Numbered from the stretch's first letter, positions 13,505-26,512 are shown. The stretch: 64,000 nt of DNA from Eledone cirrhosa (GCA_964016885.1 OZ024750.1:18910001-18974000), one strand, 5' to 3'. Translations and numbers: made by a program. The notes: generated by a model from the letters alone, not told the origin.

Positions 13505-13611
13505 GTATCCCAACAGCAGATTATTTTGTACATTTCCTTGAAAATATTATCTATCCAATTACACACCTTTTTGATGAAAAAGGTATCAAGAAGTTTGTTT
13601 CCTTAAATGAT
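13505..13611 (+). CDS. TXNDC11: TXNDC11 exon 4
   Basis: aattacag acceptor, gtgagt donor; (G)IPTADYFVHFLENIIYPITHLFDEKGIKKFVSLND; phases 1 and 0 fit the neighbours. Confidence 0.9.
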
Positions 13612-13980
13612 GTGAGTATTTCTTACGTTTCTCTTATGTTTTAAAAACAATATTCCAGACTATCTCATATTCTTACGTTTCTCTTATGTTTTAAAACAAT
13701 ATTCCAGACTATCTCATACATTGTTAACTTTCAACGTCCTGTACCACATAAAACCACATTAGTAAGGCATTCTTGAAGTAAAAATCAACACTATGACTGC
13801 ATCACATTAAAAATTAGTCTTTAGTTTCCTGCAAATCTTCACAATGATCTGTCCACTGGTAAAGGTACTAAAAATATTTGAATTAAACCACATGAAACCA
13901 TAGATACTCTAAAAATAACAAACAAAATATTTTTTTTTTGTTTTGTTTATTTGTTATTTATCCCTTTTTCTCTGTTCTAG

Positions 13981-14074
13981 AATGCTGTAATTGGTTATTT
14001 TGATTTCAATTCCTCACCCCAACCACCAGGATACCAACAGTTTTATTATGCTTCAATGAGGGCAGTTGAACGAA
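13981..14074 (+). CDS. TXNDC11: TXNDC11 exon 5
   Basis: ctgttctag acceptor, gtaagt donor; NAVIGYFDFNSSPQPPGYQQFYYAS resembles human GVLGYFEFSGSPQPPGY. Confidence 0.94.
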
Positions 14075-14780
14075 GTAAGTACTTTTCTCACTTTCCAGGC
14101 CTAATGATTCTGCCTGTATTTTTTAAATGCATTCTTGGGTGGGACTGTCAGCATAAACATATTTGTTTAGGCTTGATCTTGTGTTATCTTCTCTGTCAGG
14201 TGTAAATGTTGTGAGATCTGGTCTTAGTATAAATCCAGTTTACTTGATCTTGTTTTATCTTGTCTGACCTTATCATGAGTTTACATATTTTGATCCCGTT
14301 TTATCTTGTTTGAGATATAAATGAATATGATCAGTCAACTTGATGCTGTATTATCTTATTTGTGAATTATAAAAACATAAGTTAAAGGGTCGAGAGGACT
14401 CTTCAGTTATGTCAAAGGCATGAGGGCATCCCTACTGTTGATGCTACAATCTGTAGATTCTGTAAAATGCGGTAATGTATAAAAGCAAGTTGTAGCCCTG
14501 GCCCATCTAAGAGGCCAGTAACTCTCATTAAATACTGGTGACCCGTCGAGCTTTTGATAGACAGGAAAACAGACATTAAATGATGATAATGATGGTGATG
14601 AAGTACAGTCAACTTGATCCTGTGTTATTTTGTCTGCGAGTTGTCAAAGTAGAAGTTCAGTTAACTTGTTCCTATGTTTTGTCTGTAAGGTGCAAATATT
14701 CTGAAATCTAACCTTACTATATACCCCCAAGTCTTCTTTGTTCCACATCAATCATATATGCCTTTCTCTTTCCGTTACAG

Positions 14781-14896
14781 GTCCAGTTCAACTGCTCAAG
14801 TTTGGAGTTCTAAGCTCACCTTACCACAATGATATATTAAACATGCTACCCAAAAGCAGCTCGGCAGTTTTGGTGAAACATGGCAGTATTATATCG
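14781..14896 (+). CDS. TXNDC11: TXNDC11 exon 6
   Basis: ccgttacag acceptor, gtatgt donor; PVQLLKFGVLSSPYHND...KHGSIIS; phases consistent. Confidence 0.88.
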
Positions 14897-15573
14897 GTAT
14901 GTCTCACTTTTGTACATATTCATTTTCAGCTTCCCTGTGCACTGATACAGCCTGCTGTATTACTTCAGTAGGGGTACCTTGGTGCATACCATCTCCTTGG
15001 TCATCAAAAATAACCACCACAGGTTTGCGATGGTTACACCCAACTAGCTTTAACTAATCAAAAAGTATTTCAGAAGCTATTGTCATCGTTTTTATGCTCA
15101 CTTTTCCATCATGCTGACATGGCAGTATTTTATGGCTGAATCCCTTTCCTGGTGCCAGCATATGCTTAATTTAAAAAAACAAACCATGCACTGGTTTTCA
15201 CACATTGAACTTCTGCTGAAGTGCGGGTCATAAACAAACGTCACTACTTGTACAAACAATGTCAAATGTGAAACAAAGAAATTTGAAGAGGCACACACAC
15301 TCATGCATGCATGCAGATGTGTGCACACACATTCATGCACACATAAACACACACATATGATGGGCTTCCATATAGTATTTGTCCACCAAATTCTCTCAAG
15401 GCATAAGTCAGCTGAAGGCTATAGTAGAAGACACTTGTCTTTAGTGCCTCACGGTGGGATTAAATCCATTAAATTAATCAGAAAAGAAAAAATTGGTACA
15501 ACCACGTGTCTATACAGTTGGTGTAGCAATTATATTTTTGGCATATTACACCCTTGTAAACACATTGACAAAC

Positions 15574-15912
15574 GCACATGGCTCAGTGGTTAGAGCATTG
15601 GCCTTGCAATCGAAAGGTTGTGAGTTCAATTCTCAGACCAGGTGATGTGTTGTTTCCTTGAGCAAGACACTTTATTTCACATTGCTCCAGTTTACTCAGC
15701 TGTAGAAATGAGATGATAGGGACTGGGGTCCATATCATTCCACTGCAAAGTGGTCGTGGAGGTGCCACGGCAAAAACGCACCCAGCACTCACTGTAAATG
15801 AGGTTGGTGTTAGGAAGGGCATCCAGCTGTAGAAATCAAGCCAGAATCAGTTCCAGTCCCACCCTTGCAAGCAGGGAAAAGTGGACGTAAAATGAAATGA
15901 TGATGATGATGA
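15574..15912 (+). mobile_element. Young full-length CORE-like SINE
   Basis: TGGCTCAGTGG A box, GAGTTCAATTC B box, (ATG)n tail. Confidence 0.85.
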
Positions 15913-16117
15913 TTCCCCACTATACATACTTTATTCTTAGCATTTAGCTAACAGTAACAGTTCAAATGTCTGAATTCTGAATTTGCAGATTCATCTAACC
16001 TTAAAACAAATATTGTTAATTTATTAATGGCTTTTAATGACCAATATTTGGAGGTTTCCTTTGTCTTTTAATTTCTCTAAAAATTGACTGAATTTTTATT
16101 TTAAATCCTTGTTTCAG

Positions 16118-16186
16118 AATTATCCAGAAACAGATAATTTTACCAGTTCAGAGTTAATGAAATGGGCCTTTCAAGAATACCAACAA
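16118..16186 (+). CDS. TXNDC11: TXNDC11 exon 7
   Basis: gtttcag acceptor, gtaaag donor; NYPETDNFTSSELMKWAFQEYQQ resembles human NYTAENICKWALEN. Confidence 0.88.
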
Positions 16187-16744
16187 GTAAAGACAATTTC
16201 TTTTTTATATTTAATTACTAGGATAATCATACTAACTGTGTATTTAGTTTAGAATATGTATACCGCATCCCTCCATGTTGTAAGGGGTGATTAAAAGGGT
16301 TAGCACAACTGGAAGGAGATCTAGCTGTAAAACATTGCTTCAAAAAAGGATCCCATGATAAGTATTAAGCCTGTCATGTGATCAGCAAGGCTAACCTCTT
16401 CTTTAGCACTTGTATAGTTATCACTATTATCATTTTATGTCTGCTTTTCATGTTATAATTCACCAACCATTTTACAGAGTATATTGGATGTTATCTTCTG
16501 TGTTCCGCCAGTCTAGAGGAGATGAGTTTGGTCCTCTGGTAAGTTTTGGTAGTCAAATTGAAGAGGATGTTAAGTCCAGTCTGTTGCTTTATGCCATGGG
16601 ACACAGGCAGAGCAGATCATGAAGCCATTGCTTATTTATTGTGTCAGCAAAGCGCTCAACTTTAAAGGAGCATTTAATTATAATATGGGGCTAACTGACC
16701 AAGGATGTGCAGACCACATTTTAGTCGGTTGGCTGTGATGCAGA

Positions 16745-16935
16745 TAAAAATGAAGCACTCAACGACCTGTATAAATGGTACAAACTGGAACATTATATAG
16801 TATTAAAAAGATCGGAGGCCAAATGCAGTTGATTTAGGTTTATTTATATCTCTGTGATATATATTTTGCCGAGGACTATAGCTAGATAGTGTTCATCCTA
16901 CTAATTCTGATAGCCTGAGCTCATCAGACGGTATA
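16745..16935 (-). mobile_element. Degenerate pLTR-like relic with a hammerhead-like motif
   Basis: Minus strand CTGATGAG...GAAC-ACTAT-ctagct-ATAGTC, followed downstream by a gttgagtgctt tail motif. Confidence 0.4.
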
Positions 16936-17536
16936 AATATCCATCAGTATGGAAATACGAACGTAAAATGTTACTGTTGCTATGACAATTACCTTCTTAT
17001 TTTAATACTGAAACCATAAAATTATGTTGTATTAGTCTTTCAAATATGAAATATTTTCTGTAGAGGGTTGTAGGACCCAGTTAAAAAAATGTTACACGTA
17101 TGGAGAAAGCAATTTACGAAAGGTAACTCTAGTATAACGTTTTAATATATAAGAGTTATTCCCCTTCTGCGAACACTTTTTTCATTAAAAACATTTCGCC
17201 ACAAAAACGTACTCTCGGGTCCCAAATAATAGGGAGGGGGTTTGGAATTAGCGGGGGTGGGTGGATGTTGGACATTTGCTTAAATTCTTATAAGCGGAGG
17301 TGGAGTGGGGTGGATCGGTAATTGTATAGTGTACGTTCGCAACTATGGAATTTCTTGTAATGTTCTTCTTTTGTCGGAATATTTTTTAAAAATGTAAAAT
17401 AAAATAATTTTAGGTTCCCCAGCTGCTGTATCAATATCTAAACAGTAAAAGAACATTGATATTTACCCAAACCAGCGCTACTTTCACCAAAAGCTGGTCT
17501 GCTAATAACAGTTATGGATCTTCAGTGGGCTTTGTC

Positions 17537-17578
<42 letters not shown>

Positions 17579-18053
17579 CTATATATCTATATATATATAT
17601 ATATATCTATATATATATATATATATATACTGTGTATATAGGTGGCGAATTGGAAGAGTCGTTAGAACGTCGTTCCAACTCACTGCTGTCTGAGTTCAAA
17701 TCCACCGATGTCAACCTTACCTTTCATCCTTTCTAGGTCGATAAAAAAAGTACCAGTCTAGTACTGGGGTCAATTCTTCCTCTATATCTCTTTCTCATTT
17801 CCTCTCTCTCCCTTTCTATCTTTCTCTGGAAAAAATCTGCTGTACTCAGGCCTGGAGGGGGATGGGCTCCCCCAGGCTTAAAATGCCCTAGAAATGCTGT
17901 ATGTCAATACAGCGCATCTATGACTCTATCAGGAGTTATGGGACCATACCATACCATACTGTATATATGTGTGTATGTTTTTTCTGTATTCTTTTTTCAT
18001 TGTATAACATGAGAAGTCACTAATATACTATCTTCTATATTTTGTATATTCAG

Positions 18054-18185
18054 CCTCTTGTCAAAATAGTGACTCCCTCAGGTAGCAAGAGTCTTCAGTT
18101 GTCCAATGAAATAACAAAAGGTCCAACATTAATTATGTTCTCAGCTCATTATCCTTTATTTGATGTCAACCAATATTATCAAATG
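18054..18185 (+). CDS. TXNDC11: TXNDC11 exon 8
   Basis: tattcag acceptor, gtaagg donor; PSGSKSLQLSNEITKGPTLIMF resembles human [22 protein letters not shown]. Confidence 0.92.
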
Positions 18186-18243
18186 GTAAGGTCGATTGCT
18201 TTTTATTGACAATATCAACTTACTAATGGTGACAGTGAGGAGG

Positions 18244-18274
<31 letters not shown>

Positions 18275-19273
18275 ACCCCATCACTATCAAATTCAAACCC
18301 AACCATCTCCAACCTCCATCCCTCACTGCCCCCCCCCCACCTACTGCTACACTCCACCACCATCCTCCACTCCAACCACTGCCAACCTCCATCCCCACCA
18401 CTACCAACCTCCACCCCCCAACCACCAAATATTTAAAAATCTTGTCTTGTCTTTATATTATTATTATTTACTCATAGATACAGACGCATACACATTCATG
18501 TATTTACACACACATACTATAGACATATAGCTACATCACAAACATATACATATTTATGTATTTACACATATATACATATACACATACCTACTCCACAAAC
18601 ATATACAGAGACATATACACATACATATATACTTTACTTTTGTTATACCTTTATTTGTTATTTTTGAAATTTTTGTCTTTATTATTATTATTTACACATA
18701 CATGGCGGTAGATTGGAGGTATCCTGCCGAGGTTAGCTTTGCCTTTCATCCTTACGGGGTTGATAAAATGAAGTACCAGTCTGTACTGGGGTCGATTTAA
18801 TTGACTTACTCTGCCCCCCAAATTGTTGGCCTTGTACCTAAATCATAAACCCTTATTTACACATACACACTATTGTATACATATTTATATATATATCGAC
18901 AGTCGATCGACTTTTATCAAATCGGACCGAGGAAACAATGTTTCCTTTGGTCTTTCCAATTGCTAATACTCTCTATCAGTTACAACTCCAGGTAGAAGGA
19001 GCAAATAAAATGTCTTGCCTAAAGACATAACGCCTCGCCTGGTCTGGGAATCGAACTCACAACCTCACGTTTGTGAATCCAATTATCCAACCACTGAGCC
19101 ACGCAGCTTCATATATATATGTATATATATATATATGTACATACATAAACACACACATATCCACATAAACATACAAGTGCATATACAAACAGACACACAT
19201 GATTTGCTTTTGTCATTCAATGTCAGTTTAAAATATTAAAAGAATTTGTCTTTTTCTGTTTCTATTTCACCAG

Positions 19274-20317
19274 CTGCGAGAAGTTTCGTTAGAATACAGT
19301 AAATGTGAAATGGATGAGATCAGTAATGAAAACCTGTTGTACAGTTTAACACATCGTCTTTCTTCTATGAAGAAACTACAAGAACTTCTTACATGTAGCA
19401 AACAACAGCAAGAAGAAGGGTTCTCTAGCAATGTTAAATCTAAACAGGCAGATTTTCATCGTGTTGTTTCACAAACTACACAACAACATTTCCCCGCAAA
19501 TCTGCCATTTACCTATCTTGCCAGCAGTAGTAGTGGCAGCAGCAAGTATTCACCACCTCCATCATCATCATCATTGTCATTGTCGCTGCTTGTCTGCCAG
19601 TGTTGTGTGAGTGTGCTATGGAAACATTTATTGGAGGGCCATCTTTATCGTAACGTCTGTGAAGTTTGCTACAACAGTGTCAAGTCAGCTAAACATTGTC
19701 ACATACCATGTAACTGTCCCAAGGGATCAACCTACAAATTCAATGAAGACCGTATTTACAGTGCTTTGCAAAACAAGTGCCTTCAATTCTCTCCTAACTA
19801 CATGCCCACCCACTACAAATCGGTCTGCTGTCATCAAATGCATAAAGTCACAACCAATTCTTCCAGTCCTTTCTCTCCTTCATTCTCATTCCCACTTCCT
19901 CCCAGTCCTTCTTACCATGCCTCTTCTAACATTCCCCCTTCCACCAAAACAGCTAACAAGAGTCCCTCCTCTAAAGAATTCTTGACCACAGGACAAGCAC
20001 AAGATCCTGTCAACAGTTCTGGAGACGGAACAATAGAAGATCCTTTCATTTTAAAAGTCTTAAAGAATCAGATGCAACAACTATGTGATCACTATAATTT
20101 ACAATTTGTACAGGGTGTCCCTTTTGACACCAACTTTAATGTTTTGTCGTTGACTCTTGTTAAGAATTTCTCTGGTTTGTCATGTCGGACTAACAAGACT
20201 GTCCATTTCTATGCCATGGATCTTATAAACCATTGGATGTTTGCTGATAAGTTTGGTGTAAACAGTACTGAGCTATTGGAGACTAAACAACCAGCAGTTG
20301 TGATTATTGACATGGAG
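19274..20317 (+). CDS. TXNDC11: TXNDC11 exon 9 (1044-nt exon; Cys-rich and Ser/Pro-rich region)
   Basis: ttcaccag acceptor, gtaagc donor; LREVSLEYSKC...NVCEVC...KSVCC...GLSCRTNKTVHFYAMD (GLSCRTNKT is characteristic of TXNDC11). Confidence 0.93.
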
Positions 20318-20440
20318 GTAAGCAGACAAATTCTATCTTAACTCATCATCATTTAATGTCCATTTTCATTACCAGGCTGTTTAGAATGTAACTGAAAGAA
20401 AAGTTCTTATGTAAAATTATGATTGAAAATTTTAATTTAA

Positions 20441-20654
20441 CTCTTTAGCATTTACATTACCCTGCTATTGTATTTTTGCAGTAAAGGCTTTATCTCAATT
20501 AATTATCTCACATAATATCGAATCTACAAGATTTTGATGATGTTATTTTGAGAACAATACCTTAATGTTGGTACAAGCGGCCGGTTATGGCCGATTTGAA
20601 CAGAAAAAGGTGAGAGAATTCTGGCTGGATACGGCTGGTTTAAATGCTAAAGGG
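20441..20654. mobile_element. piggyBac-type MITE
   Basis: TTAA|CTCTTTAGCATTTA ... TAAATGCTAAAGGG|TTAA; relatives at 53497 and 57178. Confidence 0.7.
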
Positions 20655-20918
20655 TTAAATATGATTACTTTAGAATAAGAGGTTTTGTATTATAGAACCA
20701 GAGGGTGTTACAGGAAGGTTATTATCATAGAACCGTGTGCAGTTCCAGGAAAATTGGTATCATGGCTGGGTGGATAAGAAGTTTGTTTTGCAAAGATCTG
20801 GAAAAAATATTTAAAAAATATTTTTTCAGATATATTAACTTATATATCTGCACTCATTTTCTTTTCTTTTGAGTTATGGATCATAAATAAATTTTTAAAT
20901 AATAATTTTTTGTTCCAG

Positions 20919-20967
20919 GATGAAAAAAGTTATATCCTTAAAAAGCCATTCTCTAAAACTTCAGTTG
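20919..20967 (+). CDS. TXNDC11: TXNDC11 exon 10
   Basis: tgttccag acceptor, gtaagt donor; DEKSYILKKPFSKTSV; needed to keep frame between exons 9 and 11. Confidence 0.87.
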
Positions 20968-21084
20968 GTAAGTTATTTTGTTGGATTTACTTTGATTTAG
21001 TTTCATTGAAGTATATTAAATATTTGGGACATATTGATGATGGTGAGGATGATGATGTGTTGAGATAATTACAACCAAATATTA

Positions 21085-21860
21085 ACTAATTAAGGATATG
21101 AAAACTGGAAAGGCAGCCGGTCCATCAGGAATAGTTGCCGAGATGCTGAAAGCATCTGGGTCGGTAGGTCAAGCCTTAACCACACATATTGTAAACCAAG
21201 TAATACTAGATGGTGTCATACCAAATAATTAGTGCAGCAGCATCATTGTCAACTGCTACAAGCGTAAAGGAGATGCACTAGATAGAGGAAACAATAGAGG
21301 CAATAAGTTGATGGACCAGGTCATGAAATTAACAGAAAGAGTTATAGCACAGCTGATTAGGAATCGGGCAAATCTAGATGAGATGCAGTTCGAATTTGTA
21401 TTAGGCAAAAGCACCCCAAATGCTCTCTTCCTGTTAAAGCAGCTGCAGGAAAAGTACCAAGCTAGAAGTAAGCTTCTCTACCTGGCATTTGTTGATCTGG
21501 AAAAAGCTTTTGTCAGAGTATCTGGTGGGCTCTTAGAAAACTAAGAGTAGATAAGTGGTTTGTGAGGGCTCTTCAAGCCATGTATAGGGGAGCAGTCAGT
21601 AAAGTTAAGATTAGCAATGACTATAGCGAAGAATATAGCGTGCAGGTTGGCATCCATCAGGGCTCTGTTCTTAACCCTCTCTTGTTTATTATCGTACTGC
21701 AGGCTATAACAGAGGAGTTTAAGATTAGCTGCCCATGGGAACTCATGTATGTGGATGATCTTATACTTAAAGCAGTATCTATGGTGGAACTAGAGAAGAA
21801 ATTCCAAACATGGAAGGGGTCTTAAAGTCAACCTGACAAAGACTAAGGTCCTATAGTAAG
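21085..21860 (+). pseudogene. Degenerate RTE-clade LINE reverse transcriptase fragment
   Basis: MKTGKAAGPSGIVAEMLK, LAFVDLEKAF, GIHQGSVLNPLLF and MYVDDL motifs with stops and frameshifts. Confidence 0.85.
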
Positions 21861-22039
21861 CAGAAGAGAAAATAGAGTTATAAATATTTATTCTAAAATG
21901 TTTTAAGTACTTTTTTTCATTATTCTGTTCTAGAAACCTTCAAAAGATTATATGTAATCGACAAAATAGTTTCAATTAATATTCATATCTGATTCATGCA
22001 TTGGTGTCTCATACCTGTGAAATATTTCTTTTGTTTCAG

Positions 22040-22257
22040 CTGAATTTGTTCTAAATTATACAGAAGGTCACTTAGAGCGAGAAATGTTGACAGCTCATGT
22101 TGATACTAGAAGTAATAGTGGCTTCAACTGTAGTTTGAACCCAGAACACTGTGATCAACAAACATTTGATCCCTTGTCTGACAGTGAATCTAAATATTTA
22201 TATATCACAGAAGTAACTGCACACACATTTCACCAAATTGTTCTCAACACTTCAAAG
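22040..22257 (+). CDS. TXNDC11: TXNDC11 exon 11
   Basis: ttgtttcag acceptor, gtaagt donor; EFVLNYTEGHLER...YITEVTAHTFHQIVLNTSK (start of the last Trx domain). Confidence 0.92.
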
Positions 22258-22734
22258 GTAAGTTGTGCAAGATTTTAACTTCAACATCATCATCATCACC
22301 ACTATATTCATCATCATCTTCTTCATTATCATGAACATTTTACATTCACTTTATATGCAGATATGGGTCTTGATGGGTTGTGACAGTCAGTCAGTTCTTA
22401 TTCATAGTTATTCTCCTCTTGGATGCGAAGGAGGACTATTTCTTTTTGTATGTTCCACTTCTTTGCATGGTTTCTATGACTGGATACCCTTCTTATCACC
22501 AACCGCTTTACAGTGTGTACTGGATGAACCAACAGTACAGAGGTTGTCATGTCCTCAACAAAACTAAATATTTGAGAGTGATTTTATTGCTATTTCTAGC
22601 TATTTAGAGGCTATTTTATTGGCTTGTTTTTTGTTTTGTTTGCTTGGAGAGTTCATCTGATATGTAAATGTAATATGTTAATGTTTATCCCACTTAACAA
22701 TCTTGCAAAAACTACATAGAGTTAAAAATACTAA

Positions 22735-23438
22735 TGAAATGGTAATGTAGATAAATGACAGCATAAGTGAACTGAAAGAAAGGTTGAGTATAAGAAGAAT
22801 TGAATGCAACATGCAAGAGAGGTGATTGCACTGGTATGGTCATGAGATGTGTAAAGAAAGTGAGAGTTGTATAAAAAAGTGCCGAACACTCGAAGTGGAT
22901 GGAGCCTGTGGAAAAGGGAGATGAAAGAAGACATGGAATGAAGTTGTGAAGAATGAGCTCAAGAATTCAAATCTAAAGAAGACAACACATTATCAAGTGG
23001 AACGACAATATGCCATAATACAAAAGACCCATCCACCAGTACACATGTAATGACACTACAAGTAAACAGTGTTAGTGATTGACTGGAATAATATAGCATT
23101 TGAGAGGACTCATCAGTCTGGCTGAGCATGTGACAACCGCTCTAGTGATTGTGTCATAATAAAATTCACTCACTACATCCTGTAAAATCTTAGTGTTTGA
23201 GCCATGATAAAATGCACCCTGTGCACTCTGTAAAATTTTTGTGCTGGTGCCATGAAAAACGCACCCAGTACACTCTGTAAAGTGCTTGGCATTAGGAAAG
23301 GCATCCAGTCGTAGAAACTATGCCAAAATCTGGAACATGTGCAAGATAGAGATCACTCCAATCTGACTGGTCTCAGATTGTAAGAACCCATTCAACCTAT
23401 GCCAGCATGTAAAGCAGATGCAAAATGATGATAATGAT
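22735..23438 (+). mobile_element. Decayed RTE LINE 3' end with 3' UTR
   Basis: Remnant of the RLHWYGH...VDGACGKGR..KTW C-terminus, followed by gtgctggtgcca..aaaacgcacccag repeats and an (ATG)n tail. Confidence 0.7.
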
Positions 23439-23479
23439 GTAACTTTAATTACTAAACCAATGTTGTTTTCTTTTCTTAG

Positions 23480-23592
23480 GATGTCCTGTTACTTTATTAT
23501 GCCCCATGGTGTGGATTTTGTGCTAGCTTTGCCCACATCTACCTGTCATTAGCTAAATACTTCAGAGCAGCTACAAGTCTCCTATTTGCCAG
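23480..23592 (+). CDS. TXNDC11: TXNDC11 exon 12 (WCGFC active-site motif)
   Basis: ttttcttag acceptor, gtaagc donor; DVLLLYYAPWCGFCASFAHIYLSLAKYF. Confidence 0.95.
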
Positions 23593-23876
23593 GTAAGCAT
23601 CAGGTGTGATATTATACTAGAAACAGTATCTTTTTTTTTCTTTATTTTCTTCTTGTTAAAAATGCTGGTCAATAAAATCTCTCCTGTTGGAAATGTTGAT
23701 TTTGGTTTGATGTTTAGCCCCAGGTTAGCCATAATTGAGTAAACATGATCAACAGCCTTCAAGCATTTTATTCTAGGTGTATTTTACTGTTTTATTAGAG
23801 GGTTCTGGAAAAGGTCAGTGAAGTCTTACCAAATGGCTTTGTATAGTTCCTTCCTTGAACACATATACATATATCC

Positions 23877-23907
<31 letters not shown>

Positions 23908-25078
23908 CAAACTTACGCATACCTTCATACACACATCAATCACACACGTGTTTGTGTGTGCTGGAATTTCCATTATCAGAAATTGTCGCTTAAAACTATA
24001 GAAATAAATGTGAAACTTATAATTTTCCAGGAAAGACAATTCAGAATTCCTAACATATTTTCCTTCAGTTCTCTCCCTTCTGGATCTGTCTTTTTTTTTT
24101 TTCTCTTTTATATTCTTTTATTGTGTTACTGGTTTCAACTGAAGCGATACTTGAGCATCGCCTTATGCATATGTATGTGTCTGTATGCACGCACATACAC
24201 GCGTTCTCGTTTTTATGTGGTTAGAAACGTATATATTCTTTTACTATTTTACTGGTTCCAGTCATTAAAATTTTTGAAATGTAAAATTACTTGTACACAT
24301 TTAAATCTAATACAGAAATGAGAGGATACATTTCTTTTTTACATAATATCTATGATGTTCTGTTATCCTCCTTGTCATTATTTATCATCCGTTTTTCTCT
24401 GCTAGCAAGAGTTGGATGGATCATCATAGATCAAATCACTACTTAATCAGAGCTACTGACCTCTCAAACTAGCTGAAAGAGGGGGTACATCTTACTTACG
24501 TTCCCCTGCACTCTACAAAGTGTACTGGGTGTGTTTTGTTGTAGCATCAACATTAAGGAGGTTGTCATGTCTTTGACACAACTGAAGAGTCCTATTGACA
24601 CTTTGACAAGTTTTCTATGACTGGATGCCTTTTCTTTTACCAGCTTCCTATCATGAAATTATATAGGGTTTCTGAATATTCATAACATCACTTGAGATAT
24701 AACATTTTTCTAAAATGGCCACGTAGTTAAAATTATATACAATGTTGTTATACTTTGTTGAGGGTCATGTTACCAATAAAAACATGCACCAGTTGAATTT
24801 CACTTCAATCTACTATTATAATTTACTGTTGATTAATTTAATAACTAGATGGTTGTTTAGTTGTTAATTGTGTGTGTTTTTATTGACAGCATGACCCTCC
24901 TAAAGTATAACAGTATTTGTCTCAACACAGGTTTTCACATAAAAAACTATACAATGTTTTTTATAAGATAAATAGTAATGAAATGATTAAGTCCAGAGTC
25001 ATGGGCTCTGTCCTTTCGTCCATTGACTAATAAAAACTTGCTTGTCTGATTGTTATTGATGTTATTGTTTTTATCTAG

Positions 25079-25159
25079 GATCAATGGTGATACTGAAGAC
25101 TTACCCTGGGAGTACACAGCTGATACATACCCTACATTGCTCTTCTTCCCATCTGGGAG
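25079..25159 (+). CDS. TXNDC11: TXNDC11 exon 13
   Basis: ttatctag acceptor, gtaagt donor; (R)INGDTEDLPWEYTADTYPTLLFFPSG, including the Trx cis-Pro loop. Confidence 0.93.
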
Positions 25160-25592
25160 GTAAGTTGTATGTCTTTACATGTTACAGTTATATCCTCCTC
25201 ATCCTTCTCCCTACAACTTCTCCATCACAACTATCATCATCATCATTCATACATTTTGAGTTCATAAAAAAAAATATTGCACGATATTTTATCACATGAT
25301 GTCATTGTGTCTTGGTTTTACAATATGTACACTAATATATATACATATATATAATAGATTGCAAATGCACGAAGCAGATTGGCTACTATAATGACTTCAT
25401 TGCATACATATTTCAGACACAAAGACCAGTTACGAAAAAAAAAACATACCGATCATTCGTTTTTTGTTTGTTTCACATGTTGAAATATACTGGGTAAAAC
25501 ATAACTTTGTTTTGTTTTATTTGTCATCCTTTGCTCTTTATATATTTCTACCGCATTGTACTGGCTTTTTGAAACTTATCATTTATTACAAC

Positions 25593-25631
<39 letters not shown>

Positions 25632-26037
25632 TGAAGTATTTCCGTAGGAAAGGTAAAGGAAAAGAGAGTGCTCTATGTAGGCTACAGAGCTTTTTAGTTA
25701 TGTAATAAGCAACATAAGATAATTATTTCATTTACCAGTGGTTTCTTGAAGACAGATACTTATGTCTGTCTTCATTCATCAGAAGAAATACGTTTAGTGT
25801 CAATTCTATCATGCTTGCATGGGTTAGACGGGTCGTCCATGCTGGGAGGCAAGTCTGGCCATGGTTGGCCATATGTCGCACCTTTCCTGTTTTAAACAGT
25901 AAAATATAAAAAAGGAACGTCCAACCTATGCCAGCATAGAAAAATGGACGTTAAACAAAATTTTTAACAAAACATCTGATCATTATCAAGAAAGATAACT
26001 CCATATTAATTATTTTTGAGTTACTTCCTTTGAAAAT

Positions 26038-26080
<43 letters not shown>

Positions 26081-26082
<2 letters not shown>

Positions 26083-26172
26083 TTATTCCGGGTTGAATCA
26101 ATCGGGGGTAACCACAGTAAAGTACTCAATACATAGCAGAGTATAAATGTTTTAATATAGAAAAGCTTCATT
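26081..26172 (-). mobile_element. Tail-only copy of fold-back family B
   Basis: Reverse complement matches 63750-63828 (tatactctgctatgtattgagtac.ttactgtggttacc); (TA)n flanks. Confidence 0.6.
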
Positions 26173-26512
26173 TATATATATATAAATTGAGTTTTTCGAA
26201 TATTAATAATAACATTCGATTCGTTTGCAATTATGCAAACAAGCCTCAATTTTATAGCCATGTCAGTAGAATGAACTCTTCACTCTTGCTCTTGTGTTGG
26301 CATTTGAACAGAACTGCAGTTTCTGGGTATCACCCTTCATCAGTACAGCTCACTGTTCACCTGTCAAACTGTCAGAGTCAGTGAAAATATATGCTATTTT
26401 CAAAAATACTCAGTGACTGATCGGCCTGATTTGCATATTTCCTTTTTATATATATATATACTAACACTGTTCGTACTGCACTCTTTGTTATTGTTTTTGG
26501 TTTTTACTTTTT

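Noticed and set aside
15574-15645. tRNA-like A/B boxes
   Set aside because: SINE head with no complete cloverleaf, so not a tRNA gene.
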